64,000 bases of DNA, taken from the NCBI RefSeq assembly GCF_964355755.1, contig NC_092671.1, positions 4,650,001 through 4,714,000 on the forward strand, in the 5' to 3' direction. The translations under genes were made by a program, and so were the position numbers. The notes below the pieces were generated by a model. That model was not told the DNA's origin and did no database searches. It worked only from the letters and a program-made list of their open reading frames with translations. This DNA is from Antedon mediterranea. Taxonomy: Eukaryota > Animalia > Echinodermata. The first letter of the stretch is position 1, and each line of letters opens with the position of its first letter. This document shows positions 1 to 11,459 of this stretch, in pieces.

Positions 1-424
1 ACCGTTTATTTGAGGGGAATTTATTTAAAGATCGCCGTTTATTCGGTGAGTGAACATTGAGGTCAAATATCAAAAGTGATATTATTCTTCAAGTGTACAA
101 AAATACTTAGGCCTATATGACAAATTTGAGACAAAAATTAATTCTTTTAAGACCAGTGGTTATCGAAGCATTGTCCTGACGCAAACATTATTATTATTAT
201 TAGCGAACCCATGCCAGTCTTTACAGTAAATACAGAGAGTACTATATAATACGTTCGACTATCCTATGATCATGTGTGACAATCTTCAGTTTAAACCAGG
301 CTATATTTATGTTCAATCTTTTACTTTTGTTTACAATAATGAATAGTAATTCATCAAAGTAACGAATTAAAATATAGTTATTAATTCCTATTATACACTG
401 TTGCAGAGTCAGGTTGTTGAATGG

Positions 425-1115
425 TCTGGGTGGTAGTTGTCCGTCCGGGGGTAGTTGTTCTAAAGGGATAGTTTTCTGGGTGGTAGTTGTCCAGGGGTTA
501 GTTGTCCTACGGAGGTAGTTGTCCTAAAATATTATTTGCCCTCGGAGTATTGTCCAGGTCCAGGAGGTAGTTGTCCTACGGGGAGTATTGTGTCAGAGGT
601 AGTTATCCGCGGGGTAATTACCCGGGGGGGGGGGGTTGTCAGGGGGTAATTGTTCCTAGGGGGTAATTGTCCGGGGGGAATTGTTCCTAGGGGGTAATTG
701 TCCGGGGGGTAGTTGTCCAGGGGTTAGTTGTCCTACGGAGGTAGTTGTCCTAAAAGATTATTTGCCCTCGGAGTATTGTCCAGGAAGTAGTTGTCCTACG
801 GGGAGTATTGTGTCAGAGGTAGTTGTCTGGGGGGTAATTATCCGGGGGGTAATTGTCCGGGGGGTAATTGTCCGGAGGGTAATTGTCCGGGGGGTAATTG
901 TTCCTAGAGGGTAATTGTCCGGGGGGTAGTTGTCCGGGGGGTAGTTGTCCTAAGGGGGTTGTTGTCCTAAGGGGGTAGTTGTCCGGGGGGTATTTGTCCG
1001 GGGGGTAGTTGTCCTAAAGGGGTAGTTGTCCTAAGGGGGTAGTGGTCCAGGTGGTGGTTGTCCGGGGGGTAGTTTTCCGGGTGGTAAATGTCCAGGGGGT
1101 GAATATCCGGATACG
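425..1115. repeat. GC-rich ~15-bp-unit tandem array (GGGGGTAGTTGTCC-like), probably the subterminal array of a DNA element
   Basis: Many imperfect GGGGGTA(G/A)TTGTCC units ending abruptly at ...GAATATCCGGATACG (1115); ORFs 681..914 and 1014..1208 are largely repeat translations. Confidence 0.85.
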
Positions 1116-1154
1116 CCCGTACATAGATACTTCAACATCCAATGACGATGCCAT
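1116..1154 (-). pseudogene. N-terminal 13 codons of a cluster GPCR (MASSLDVEVSMYG), cut off by the repeat element
   Basis: Resembles the paralog starts MTTSQGIPVAEYG and MTRSHGMPVSEYG; start context GCCATTTTGTTAATAAAAT matches that at 34238; a paralogous 5' flank follows at ~1240-1370. Confidence 0.55.
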
Positions 1155-2036
1155 TTTGTTAATAAAATGTATATATTGACTAAAGTTCAGGTCAACAATG
1201 TAATACAAACAAACATTAAATCTTACAAAAATCTCACTTTTCTTTAGTGGCTGGTTGTCCTAATGTGATGGAGTACGGTAGCTTTAAGAGTAATTACTAC
1301 AACGTGGCGCCGTATTACGTACAGTATATCCAAGTTTATCTGGCAAACAATTAATTTGTCTATTAATGTACATTGTAAACATTATGATCCAAATAATTAT
1401 GGATGTACATGTCTGTCATTATATAGTTCACGGCATGACAACATTAAAAGTTTCAATTCCTGGTTTCCGATATTTCAAGTCCACTTTCACTACACTTGGT
1501 TCTTACAAACTTCCATAAACGTCCGATGAAAAGCTACAATATCTTTACTAATTACTTAATTGCCACATATCCAGCAGCACCCTTCATGTTTTATATATAC
1601 GTTTATTTTTCCTTCTAAACAAGAGTTTCCGTTTAGTTTACGTCCTTCCGTTGCGTCTCTAGTGGGAACCAAGCATTATACATCCAGCACTATATTTATG
1701 TTTATTTATTAATATGATTTACGTTATTAAGAAGAATGGATGACCAATGATTAGAGCATGAGTTGGTTTTCTTATAAAATATTCGTGACGTAGAAGAAAG
1801 TATTAGTCGTACAAAAACCTCACGTGTTTAGTGGTGGATTGTCGAAATGCTGTTGAGAATAAAAGATAAACGTATATACCAGATATATAGCAACTCTGAC
1901 AACAATTTACAAGTACAAAAACCCATTCAAAGAAAAATAAACATTTAAAATACTGGTTGCGGATTCGAAGTTTCTTTTAAATCTTGATATATACAATTAA
2001 TTCATAATACATTGTATGAATACCTCGTTATGTTAT

Positions 2037-3095
2037 TTATGAACTATTGACTAATGCAAATAAATTATTTAATTTCTTGCGAATTCTTTTATAGAAAACG
2101 TCAACAAATGCTTGTCTAAAATTTTTATTTACCACGTTATATATCAGAGGATTCACAGCTGAATTTAAATATATACCAAGACGAAGAATATTTTCTACCC
2201 AAAAACTGATACTGATTTTCCTATAACCTACTCTAAATACCATAAACGGCGTCATACAAGCAACATAAACTGTAACTGTCACAACAACTGTAACGAATGT
2301 TTTTTTCTCAGATTTAATTCTGGGATCAGTTCCTTGAAGATTTGGTGCCGGTACGGCGGTAATGGTATGGGATTTTCTTAATGAATAAAGCATAAACGAA
2401 TATAAACATATCACAATGACAATTAGTATCACGCTGAAAGTAGCGTGTATCTTTAAATACATGTTGTACTCAAACTTATGAACGCACCATGTTAGTTTAT
2501 TTGAGACACCTCTATACTTATCAGGCCAAGGAAGAATGACGGATACTGGTTTGTAATAAAAAAACACTACAGCACTCACAGATAAACTGATAATCCATAA
2601 AGTAACACAGATTTTTACGGATCTTGAAAGAGTACCAAATCCACTTGTTTGAAACCAATAAGGTTTACAAACTGCCATATAACGTTCAATAGAAAGCCAG
2701 AAAATCGTTAATATAGCCACAAGAAAAGCACACTCAGGTAGATAAATCAAGTAAACGCAGAAAAAATTATCTATTTCTTCAATCTCAGTAGAAAATTGAG
2801 AGAAGTTTTTTTCGCCTTTCCATATTCCAATAGGCGCTGTAATTAGAAACAACGTATCAGCTATTGACAAATTGGCTAGATACACGTACACTGACTTGCG
2901 CAATTTACTTACTATAACGATAAACGTCGTTATGTTGCCGATTATGCCAAGAACGACAACAATATGAATCGCATACTTAACCCAATATCTCTCAAAATCT
3001 CTATTCAGAAACATATCGATGTAATCATCATATTGACCCGTTTTCAACGTTGAGTTTCCGTATTCAGCTACCGGTATACCTTGTGATGTTGTCAT
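2037..3095 (-). CDS. Intronless class A (rhodopsin-like) GPCR, peptide-receptor-like, 352 aa
   Basis: 7TM with GN (TM1), LSIAD (TM2), ERY (TM3) and NPLIY (TM7); ATG at 3095 chosen by alignment with paralog N-termini rather than the TTG at 3230. Confidence 0.92.
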   Translation of the reverse strand: MTTSQGIPVAEYGNSTLKTGQYDDYIDMFLNRDFERYWVKYAIHIVVVLGIIGNITTFIVIVSKLRKSVYVYLANLSIADTLFLITAPIGIWKGEKNFSQFSTEIEEIDNFFCVYLIYLPECAFLVAILTIFWLSIERYMAVCKPYWFQTSGFGTLSRSVKICVTLWIISLSVSAVVFFYYKPVSVILPWPDKYRGVSNKLTWCVHKFEYNMYLKIHATFSVILIVIVICLYSFMLYSLRKSHTITAVPAPNLQGTDPRIKSEKKTFVTVVVTVTVYVACMTPFMVFRVGYRKISISFWVENILRLGIYLNSAVNPLIYNVVNKNFRQAFVDVFYKRIRKKLNNLFALVNSS

Positions 3096-3318
3096 TTTAT
3101 TTTTAATGTTGATATATAAATAAAATATATAAATGTCTTCGCAAATCTGATTAAAGCGACGATGACTGAAATAGCTAAGTAGATAGATAAGTTTGTTTGA
3201 CTTGTTTACAAGCAATAATGCTCTGCTCAACTTTTCTTTAGTGCCTGTTAGTCGAAATACTTTTTAGTATAACAGAGATGTAGGTATACATATATATAAG
3301 TATATATCGAGTTCATCG

Positions 3319-3449
3319 TTTAAAACGCGGACGTGGTAATTGCGAGCAAAATTCAATTCAATTGTTATAATATTGAGTTCTCGTGATGGGGCGTGAACAT
3401 TGCACACTTGTCATTGAATTGTCGTAGCCAATCACTGATTCTGGTTTGT
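3319..3449 (-). promoter_or_regulatory. Conserved GPCR upstream module (TTTAAA, GC-box-like, CCAAT)
   Basis: GTAGCCAATCACTGATTCTGGTTTGT (3424-3449) is identical to 11237-11262; TTTAAAACG.G..CGTGG is shared with 11121-11138. Confidence 0.55.
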
Positions 3450-3512
3450 AGGACAACATTCACAATTATACAACAAACAATGAATGTTTATGAGTTGGAT
3501 GGTGAGAATATT

Positions 3513-4430
3513 GGTTCAGAGACGATTCGGCCCGGGACTATTCGGCCCACTTTTGGTGGGACGATTCGGCCCACTTTTGGGCCGAAACATCCCACTTTGT
3601 GGGCCGAAACGTCTCACTTTAGACCAAATTCATATTCATTTTTTGGGTATTTATCAAGTTTTTAACAATCCATATTTTTTTGATATTGACAATTTTGATA
3701 TAATATATATAATAAATTACTAAAAAAACGTAATTTTATATTCAATTTATTACTTCGAAAACCTTGTTTATTTCGTGCATTCGCCAAGCGGCCAACAGAG
3801 GGCGTAACTTGTTTACATCGTTCGCGTGACTAAAAAATGATCATTTTCGACAATGTTTTCAAAATGTTTGCTTTATTGCATCTTTATCCCTAGTAGTAGG
3901 CCTACTACCCCATAGTCTCTCTGGAAATAAAGTTTGGGGAAAAAGCTTATTTTATGCTTATAAAATGCATATCAAAGCCGATAAATTTAAGTGTGCCGAA
4001 TCGTCTCAGGGCCGAATGCGTAATTTTTTTTTCCAGGACGAACGTGGGCAGAAATCATGAATAATTCATGTTTAATTATGACATAATAGAGAACATTATA
4101 GAGGGCGCTGTATAAGAATGCAGAGAGATTAAATAATTAGTGTAAACAAAGTTTGCCAACCGAAATGTTTGGTCTAGTGGTAAAGGCTTTAACCTATTAC
4201 GCTGAAGCCCTCGGTTCGAGGTCTTTCATGAACATGTTTTTTTTAATAGTTGAAAGAGATTATTTAGAGGGTTAGGTTTAGTATATTTTGGAAGTAGATC
4301 AACTATCTTTCAATTCTTTATAATAGAAAATAATTAAGGTAATGAATTATTCATGACTTCTGCCCACGTTCGTCCTGGGAAAAAAAAACACGCGGGCCGA
4401 ATCGTCTCAGGGCCGAATCGTCCCGTTACC
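3513..4430. mobile_element. Non-autonomous TIR element, GG termini, 8-bp TSD (Merlin- or hAT-like)
   Basis: TIRs built from GACGATTCGGCCC repeats; AGAATATT duplicated at 3505-3512 and 4431-4438. Confidence 0.8.
4018..4393. mobile_element. Nested MITE with ~50-bp TIRs and 9-bp TSD (Mutator-like) carrying a degenerate tRNA-like segment
   Basis: TIR core CCAGGACGAACGTGGGCAGAA.TCATGAATAATTCAT; GGGCCGAAT at 4009-4017 and 4394-4402; A box TGGTCTAGTGG and B-box-like GGTTCGAG at ~4170-4220. Confidence 0.8.
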
Positions 4431-5251
4431 AGAATATTTCATGACTTGAAAGATCGACTGCTGCACACCCGATAGAACCGAAAAATCTTTAAAAATGTTT
4501 GACCGAGAAACCGAGATGTGTTTATTAAGAAGTGGGCTACTTCAATAAAATGTATTATCATTATTTGCAAAAAAGTTAATGAATTCTTTGTAGTCGTATA
4601 ATTAAACCATTATTTGTGTTACAGAATACCTTCCAAGAATTACAGCTTTTATAATACTTAATACTTTTACAAAGATATAAATGACATCTGATAGATAAGA
4701 AGATGTAACAAAACACTTACAAATAATTCATTATCTCCAAGCATACGAATATAATTATATTGAATAGTAAACAATCATCAGATAATTTAATTATAAAGTT
4801 TTCTAAAAAACGATTCACGGTATAGCGTAATTAATAATATTGTGTTATTGAAAGAGCACTTTGATATTAATTGCTTTTTAAACTTTAAATTATTCATTAT
4901 TTTAGATGGTACAGTAATAATATCAATAGACAAGTTTCATGTTTGGAAATTGAAAACCATGATGGCTATATATATAATAATATGGTAATTTTAGTATTAA
5001 ACTAAGCGGAAAACCGTGTAGCTTGTCCCACGTAGAATCTGTATCTATCCTGAGCGGAAACTGCCGCTCCGCGTTGTCCGTCGTCTGTGTAAATTTAATT
5101 GGCATTAATGCTCAGCAAGAGTGGAAAAAAGGGAGCATTTTCTTGGGTTCGCGCCGCATTCGTCTGGTGAAGAAAAGACTCTGAATCCAACACACTACTT
5201 AATGTCTGGTTCTACAAAAATGATTTTCTTAATGATATGATTATTTAATTA

Positions 5252-6304
5252 CTAACTAATCGCTAATATACTTTTTCTTCCGGATCCTGCAGAAAAAAAC
5301 GTCAACAAATGCTTGTCTAAAACATTCATTTATCACACTATATATTAAAGGATTTAAAGATAAATTTTAATAAATTCCTAAACGACAAACATTTAAAAAC
5401 CAAGATACATCCGATCCAATGATATTATAATAATATAATATTCCTAACACATACAAAGGTGTCATGCAGAAAACGTAAATTGTGACTAACAAAAACTGTC
5501 CAGAATATTTTCCTCTCCGATTTAGAACGTGTGTCGGTCTCGCGAGAATTTTGCATAATGTTCCGGGATTTTCCTAAAGAATCTGCGAATAAAAAACTAC
5601 AATAACAATATTTAACACTATAGAAATAGTAAATTGCATCGTCCACACAATTATGCATAGTTTATAGTAGCTAGTTTTAATAATACAAATAGTTGCACAG
5701 TTTGATATACCTCTATACATATCAGGCCAAGGAGAATGACGAACACTCGTTCGTAAAAGACAAATTGCATACTATTCATCGACAAACTAAAAGTCCATAT
5801 AACCGCACAGATCTTTATAGATCGTGAGAGAGTACCAACTCCACTTGTTTTAAACCAATAAGGTCTACAAACTGCCATATAACGTTCAATGTAAAGCCAC
5901 ACAATTGTTAGAAGGGCTATATGCACGGCAATAAAAAGACAGTAACTTAGCAGTCCACACACCCAGTTCCTTGCTACTTCATCTGTCGTATATGGTACCG
6001 GAATGAAATCATCAGTTGTCCATAAGATAATAGGCGCAACAGTTAAATTTAACGTATCAGCTATTGCCAAATTGGCTAAATACACGTACACTGGTTTGCG
6101 TAGTTTACTCACTATTACGATAAACGTCATTGTGTTTCCCACAATGCCTAAAGCGACCAAAGCAGGAACACTGTTAAAACGTAAAATCTTCTCCCAGTCA
6201 CCATACAGGAATATATCGATAAAATGATCGTATTGACTTATGTTAGTAGTTGAATTCCCGTATTCAGATACATTATATAATGTATTGTCGGTTGAAAGCG
6301 ACAT
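5252..6304 (-). pseudogene. Full-length GPCR pseudogene
   Basis: Intact from ATG through TM4; 1-bp deletion near 5732 (ILPWPD becomes ILLGL) and further indels in TM5-TM7; stop at 5252-5254 by homology with 7977. Confidence 0.88.
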
Positions 6305-7114
6305 AGTGTGTTTGATTTAACCTATCGAAATAACGTGTGACAACTGACAACCTTTTAGGTTAACCAGTGTCATAAACACAGATGCCGCTACACACACGAT
6401 CAATTTGATATTAATCCGCAACACGAAATGTGGTGTTCCGTACCAGGAGTTATATAACAAGAATGTACGTTAAAATATGAACGCAGAAAGTGTATTAAAT
6501 AAAACAAATCAAATGTTTATACTGCTGTTATTATGTCTATATTGTGTAATGTTGAATTTGATATGAAAAAAAACCCTAAAATTTAGATCATATGATGACG
6601 TCACAACATCCAATATTTAAATATTTTACATGAATTCATATCTACAACTCATCGAATAAAATGAGGGAACACCGTCCATCTCGAGGAGCCCGTTCTCAAG
6701 CACTTTTAAGCTTCCAAATGAGGTCGTAAAGGTGTGATGGCGCTAGTTACACTCCGTTATGCATGATTAAATAATAGAATGACGAAGGTTGGAATTTTAA
6801 TATTTTCAATACCTTACTTATGAGAAACCAACATAAATTGTAACTACCAGAAAAATCGTCACTGTTTCGTCTCGTACTTGTCACCAGTAGCGGTAGGCCA
6901 TTATGGTTTACAAAAACCGCGTTCGATTTTACTATTTGTTCTTTTTTAATTTATGCCGATCATTCTACTAGGTAAATTTAACATTGAATATACCGGTGAT
7001 AAAACATCTACCATCCCTACAATCGAGTTATACTATTGAAACCGAGATGTGTTTATTAGGAAGTGGGCTACTTAAATAAAACGTGTTATCATTATCTGCA
7101 AGGAAGTTAATGAA

Positions 7115-7293
7115 AGTTAATTGAAATTGTTTATGGCTTGCCGATCTATGTTTTATATATATATATATATATTTTATCTGTATTTTATTGTTAACCGTTT
7201 TTGATGTTGTATTGTTTTATGTTTCAAACCTGTTAGTGGCGGTATTTATCGCTGTTGGTTTTGATTGAATAAAATAAAATAAAATAAAAATAA
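7115..7293 (+). mobile_element. Short retroposed insertion with (AATAA)n tail
   Basis: Absent from the paralog at ~4580; AATGAA duplicated at 7109-7114 and 7294-7299. Confidence 0.65.
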
Positions 7294-7976
7294 AATGAAT
7301 TATTCGTAGTTGTAGTATTAAACCATTCTTTGTGCTACAGAATAACTTCCAAGAATTACAGCTTTCATGATAATTAATACTTTTACAGAGATATAAATGA
7401 CATCTGATAGATAAGAAGATGTAATAAAACACTTACAAATAATTCATTATCTCCCACTAGCTTGCGAATATAATTATATTGAATAGTAAACAATCAACAG
7501 ATAATTTAATTATAAAGTTTAAAAAAAAAACGATTCCCTGTATAGCGTAATTATTAATATTTTGTTATTGAAAGAGCACTTTGATATTAATTGCTTTTTA
7601 AACTTTAAATTATTCATTATTTTAGATGGTACAGTAATAATATCAATAGACAAGTTTCATGTTTGGAAATTGAAAACCGTGATGGCTATATATATATAAT
7701 AATATGGTAATTTTATTATTAAACTAAGCGGAAAACCGCGTAGCTTGTCCCACGTAGAATCTGTATCTATCTTGAGCGGAAACTGCCGCTCCGCGTTGTC
7801 CGTCGTCTGTGTAAATTTAATTGGCATTAATGCTCAGCAAGAGTGGTGGAAAAAGGGAGCATTTTCTTGCGGTTCGCGCCGCATTCGTCTGGTGAAGAAA
7901 AGACTCTAAATCCAACACACTACTTAATGTCTGGTTCTACAAAAATGATTTTCTTAATGATATGATTATTTAATTA

Positions 7977-8740
7977 CTAACTAATCGCTAGTATACTTTT
8001 TCTTCTGAATCCTGCAGAAAAAACGTCAACAAATGCTTGTCTAAAACATTCATTTATCACACTATATATTAAAGGATTTAAAGATGAATTTAAATAAATT
8101 CCTAAACGACAAACATTTAAAAACCAAGATACATCCGATCCAATGATATTATAATAATATAATATTCCTAACACATACAAAGGTGTCATGCAGAAAACGT
8201 AAATTGTGACTGTAACAAAAACTGTCCAGAATATTTTCCTCTCCGATTTAGAACGTGTGTCGGTCTCGCGAGAATTTTGCATAATGTTCCGGGATTTTTC
8301 TAAAGAATAGAACATCTGCGAATATAAAACTACAATAACAATATTCAACACTATATTATTATAGAATTATTATAAATTGCATCATCCACACAATTATGCA
8401 TAGTTTATAGTAGCTAGTTATAATAATACAAATAGTCGCACGGTTTGAGATACCTCTACATATCAGGCCAAGGAAGAATGACGAACACTCGTTCGTAAAA
8501 GACAAATTGCATACTATTCATCGACAAACTAAAAGTCCATATAACCGCACAGATCTTTATAGATCTTGAGAGAGTACCAAATCCACTTGTTTTAAACCAA
8601 TAAGGTCTACAAACTGCCATATAACGTTCAATGGAAAGCCACAAAATTGTTAGAAGGGCTACATCCACAGCAATAAAAAGCAAGTAACTTAGCAGTCCAC
8701 ACACCCAGTTCCTTGCTACTTCATCTGTCGTATAGGGTAC
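7977..8740 (-). pseudogene. 5'-truncated GPCR pseudogene (ECL1 to C-terminus)
   Basis: ORFs 8456..8743 and 7977..8351; 2-bp deletion after PWPDM; N-terminus, TM1 and TM2 missing. Confidence 0.88.
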
Positions 8741-8869
8741 CATACCATACCGATCATTCTACTAGTCAGCTTAATAATACATCACTGTACTATACTGCGT
8801 ATTATTTAGACGTTCTTTTAGCATGTTACATGCGCTTACATTCAACATAACTCCTTATATTATATTCCT

Positions 8870-9010
8870 TGACAAACTGATAGGATCTACAAAATGCCAT
8901 ATAACGTTCAACGGCAAGTTAATCGTTAAAATGGCTACATGCACAGAACTATTAGAAAAGTAATTTTACACACCCAGCTGTGTCTTTCTACTTTCTACTT
9001 TCTACATTTC
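8870..9010 (-). pseudogene. Degraded GPCR relic (TM3/ERY region)
   Basis: TGCCATATAACGTTCAA (ERYMA) and flanks match intact paralogs. Confidence 0.6.
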
Positions 9011-9334
9011 AATACGATAAGATTGTATCATGATATTTAGAGCATTATGTGTCTAAAGTTTGGTACACACGAACGACAATTAATGATTTGCCAATGACGC
9101 ATAATAAATCACATAGTTATTTAGACATTTTAAATAACGGATATTTATTAAGGTTGATGATAAAAATCGATTGCATTAATTTCATGGTGTACAAATAAGC
9201 TTAGAACCCAAATCTCGGTACTGTATCTTATTATTCCCAGTATCGTAAGAATACTCGCCGTTCAAAACCAATGGAAATGTCTACAACAATTTACAAAATC
9301 TTTCGAACTAAACTAATAATAATAACAAGTCATT

Positions 9335-9640
9335 TAATTTCCTTCGAATTCTGGAATAGAAACGTCGACAAACGCTTGTCTAAAACTTTCATTTACCACA
9401 TTATTTATTTATAGGATTATTAGGATTTACAGAATAATTTACAAATTGTTGATGAATTAAAGAATGAGAGATAAAGCATACTCGGTCTTAATACACAAAT
9501 TGCACTGCAAAATTCATCGATAAAATTAAAATATATGTAACTGCACAAACTTCGAAGAATTTTGAGAGAGTACTTGCTTGCTACATACCGTCCAACGAAA
9601 AGCCAGAAAATTGTAAACAAAATAGCTACAAGAAAATCAA
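9335..9640 (-). pseudogene. Collapsed GPCR relic (TM3 joined to TM7/helix 8)
   Basis: TIFWLFVGRYVA (ORF 9420..9620) and a VVNESFRQAFVDV-like segment at ~9360-9400. Confidence 0.65.
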
Positions 9641-9804
9641 AAGGGGTTTTCAGTCTAAAAAAACGTTGACGTTTTTAGTTAAACTGTAGTTATTGTGTAC
9701 TTCATGGACACCGTTAAAATTATAACTTTATAGTCAAGTTTTTTTATTCCGATGTTTGCACACATTTTGCAATTTATTTGGGCCTATAACAATTTGTCTA
9801 TTGA

Positions 9805-10866
9805 CTAAACACAATGGTGAAATATGCCATTTAATTTTCTGCGAACTTTCGTGTAGAAAACGTCAACAAATGCTTGTCTGAAACTTTCATTTACTACATT
9901 ATATATCAACGGATTTACAGATGAATTTAAATATACACTAAGACGAAGAGCAAGTACTGCCCAAAAACGTTCAATTATTTCCACATAACCTATGCTATAT
10001 ATTATTATAAATGGTGTCACTAAAACAACATAAACTGTGACTGTCACAAAAACAGTCAGGAATGTTTTCTTCTCAGATTGAATTCTGCAATCATTTCCTT
10101 GAGGAGGTGGTACTTGTGCAACAGCAGTGGTTCTAGACTTTTTTATTGAATAAATCATAAGCGAATATAAAAATATCACAATCACAATTAACGTCAGCAT
10201 GATAATAGCACTTATCTTTAAGGAAATATAATATTGTGTTACATAACCTGTCTTAATAACACACAAGGTTACTTTATTTGAAACACCTTTATACATATCA
10301 GGCCAAGGGAGAATGATGGATATTCGTTTGTAATACACAAATACTATGCTGTTCAACGACAAACTGAAAATCCATATAACTACACAGACTTTAACAGATC
10401 TTGAGAGAGTACCAAATCCACTTGTTTGAAACCGAAAAGGTCTACAAACTGCCATATAACGTTCAACAGAAAGCCAGAAAATTGTGAATATAGCCACAAG
10501 TAAAGCACACTCAGAAAAGTAAACCGAAACGCAGAAAAAGTTAACTATTTCTTCAATCTTAACGGGCAATTGAAAAATATCATCATCGTTAGACAATTCA
10601 ACCGGCGACACAATAAGAAGCAACGTATCAGCTATTGCCAAGTTGGCTAGATATACGTACACTGATTTGCGCAGTTTACTCACTATTACTATACATGTCA
10701 TAATGTTGCCGATAATACCAAAAGCGATCACAATATAAATCAAAAACGTAAGCACCATCTCTTCAAAATGTCTGTGCAGGAACATGTATATGTATTCATC
10801 ATATTGATTCGTGTTAAACGATGAGTTTCCGTATTCAGATACCGGCATACCATGTGACCTTGTCAT
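9805..10866 (-). CDS. Intronless class A GPCR, 353 aa
   Basis: Uninterrupted 7TM ORF with LAIAD, ERY, PWPD in ECL2 and NPLIY. Confidence 0.93.
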   Translation of the reverse strand: MTRSHGMPVSEYGNSSFNTNQYDEYIYMFLHRHFEEMVLTFLIYIVIAFGIIGNIMTCIVIVSKLRKSVYVYLANLAIADTLLLIVSPVELSNDDDIFQLPVKIEEIVNFFCVSVYFSECALLVAIFTIFWLSVERYMAVCRPFRFQTSGFGTLSRSVKVCVVIWIFSLSLNSIVFVYYKRISIILPWPDMYKGVSNKVTLCVIKTGYVTQYYISLKISAIIMLTLIVIVIFLYSLMIYSIKKSRTTAVAQVPPPQGNDCRIQSEKKTFLTVFVTVTVYVVLVTPFIIIYSIGYVEIIERFWAVLALRLSVYLNSSVNPLIYNVVNESFRQAFVDVFYTKVRRKLNGIFHHCV

Positions 10867-11120
10867 TGTGTTTTGAAAATGTTTAATAATTTCTTCACAA
10901 ATATGTTCGCTTAGAACAGAATAAAGTAAAAGTAAATGGAGACGAATAAAATATCGATCGAAGTTGAGTTGACTTGTTTACAACAAACAGGAAAAAACAA
11001 CCTCTAAGCCTAGCTCTATAAAATATTAATTTCCTTTGGTGGCTGTTTGTCGCAATGCTTATGAGTAAAGCGAAGTTGGTAAAGTATATGCCAAGATTGC
11101 CTGACAAACGGTTGTGTCTA

Positions 11121-11262
11121 TTTAAAACGTGGGCGTGGCCCGTGCGAACATTCAGGCTACCAACCTCCGTCGGTTAAATCTTTATATATATTGAGTCTTG
11201 ATGAGGCGTGATCATTGTACATGATATTATACAGTTGTAGCCAATCACTGATTCTGGTTTGT
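11121..11262 (-). promoter_or_regulatory. Conserved GPCR upstream module (TTTAAA, GGGCGTGG, CCAAT)
   Basis: Same motif order as 3319-3449, ~255-400 bp upstream of the ATG. Confidence 0.55.
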
Positions 11263-11459
11263 GAGCATTCAACATAGTGCATTGTACGACAAAGGTAAAC
11301 ATCTAAATCGGGACAGTTTACCTAATCTACTTTCATTAAACTTAGAAGGTTTAGAAATTGACATGTTTTCTTGCACCTGTTTCTGCCTCCACCCATCTCC
11401 TCAATTCTTTCCCGTTCAAAAGTTTGTCTACATATACCTGATCTGACTCTCTTTCTTTT

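Larger units (their letters stand above)
6956..8765. repeat. Duplicated segment (copy of ~4508-6000) flanked by 16-bp direct repeats
   Basis: 7039-8740 aligns with 4508-5999; CCGATCATTCTACTAG at 6956-6971 and 8750-8765. Confidence 0.8.

Noticed and set aside
3096-3230. 45-aa N-terminal extension of the first GPCR from a TTG start
   Set aside because: Eukaryotic gene; paralog alignment places the start at ATG 3095
4160-4225. Possible tRNA gene
   Set aside because: A and B boxes are present but the stems do not pair; it lies inside a MITE
5005-5185. GC-rich block repeated at ~7725-7910 as a conserved ncRNA
   Set aside because: The similarity is explained by the recent duplication, and the third copy near 27250 is degraded
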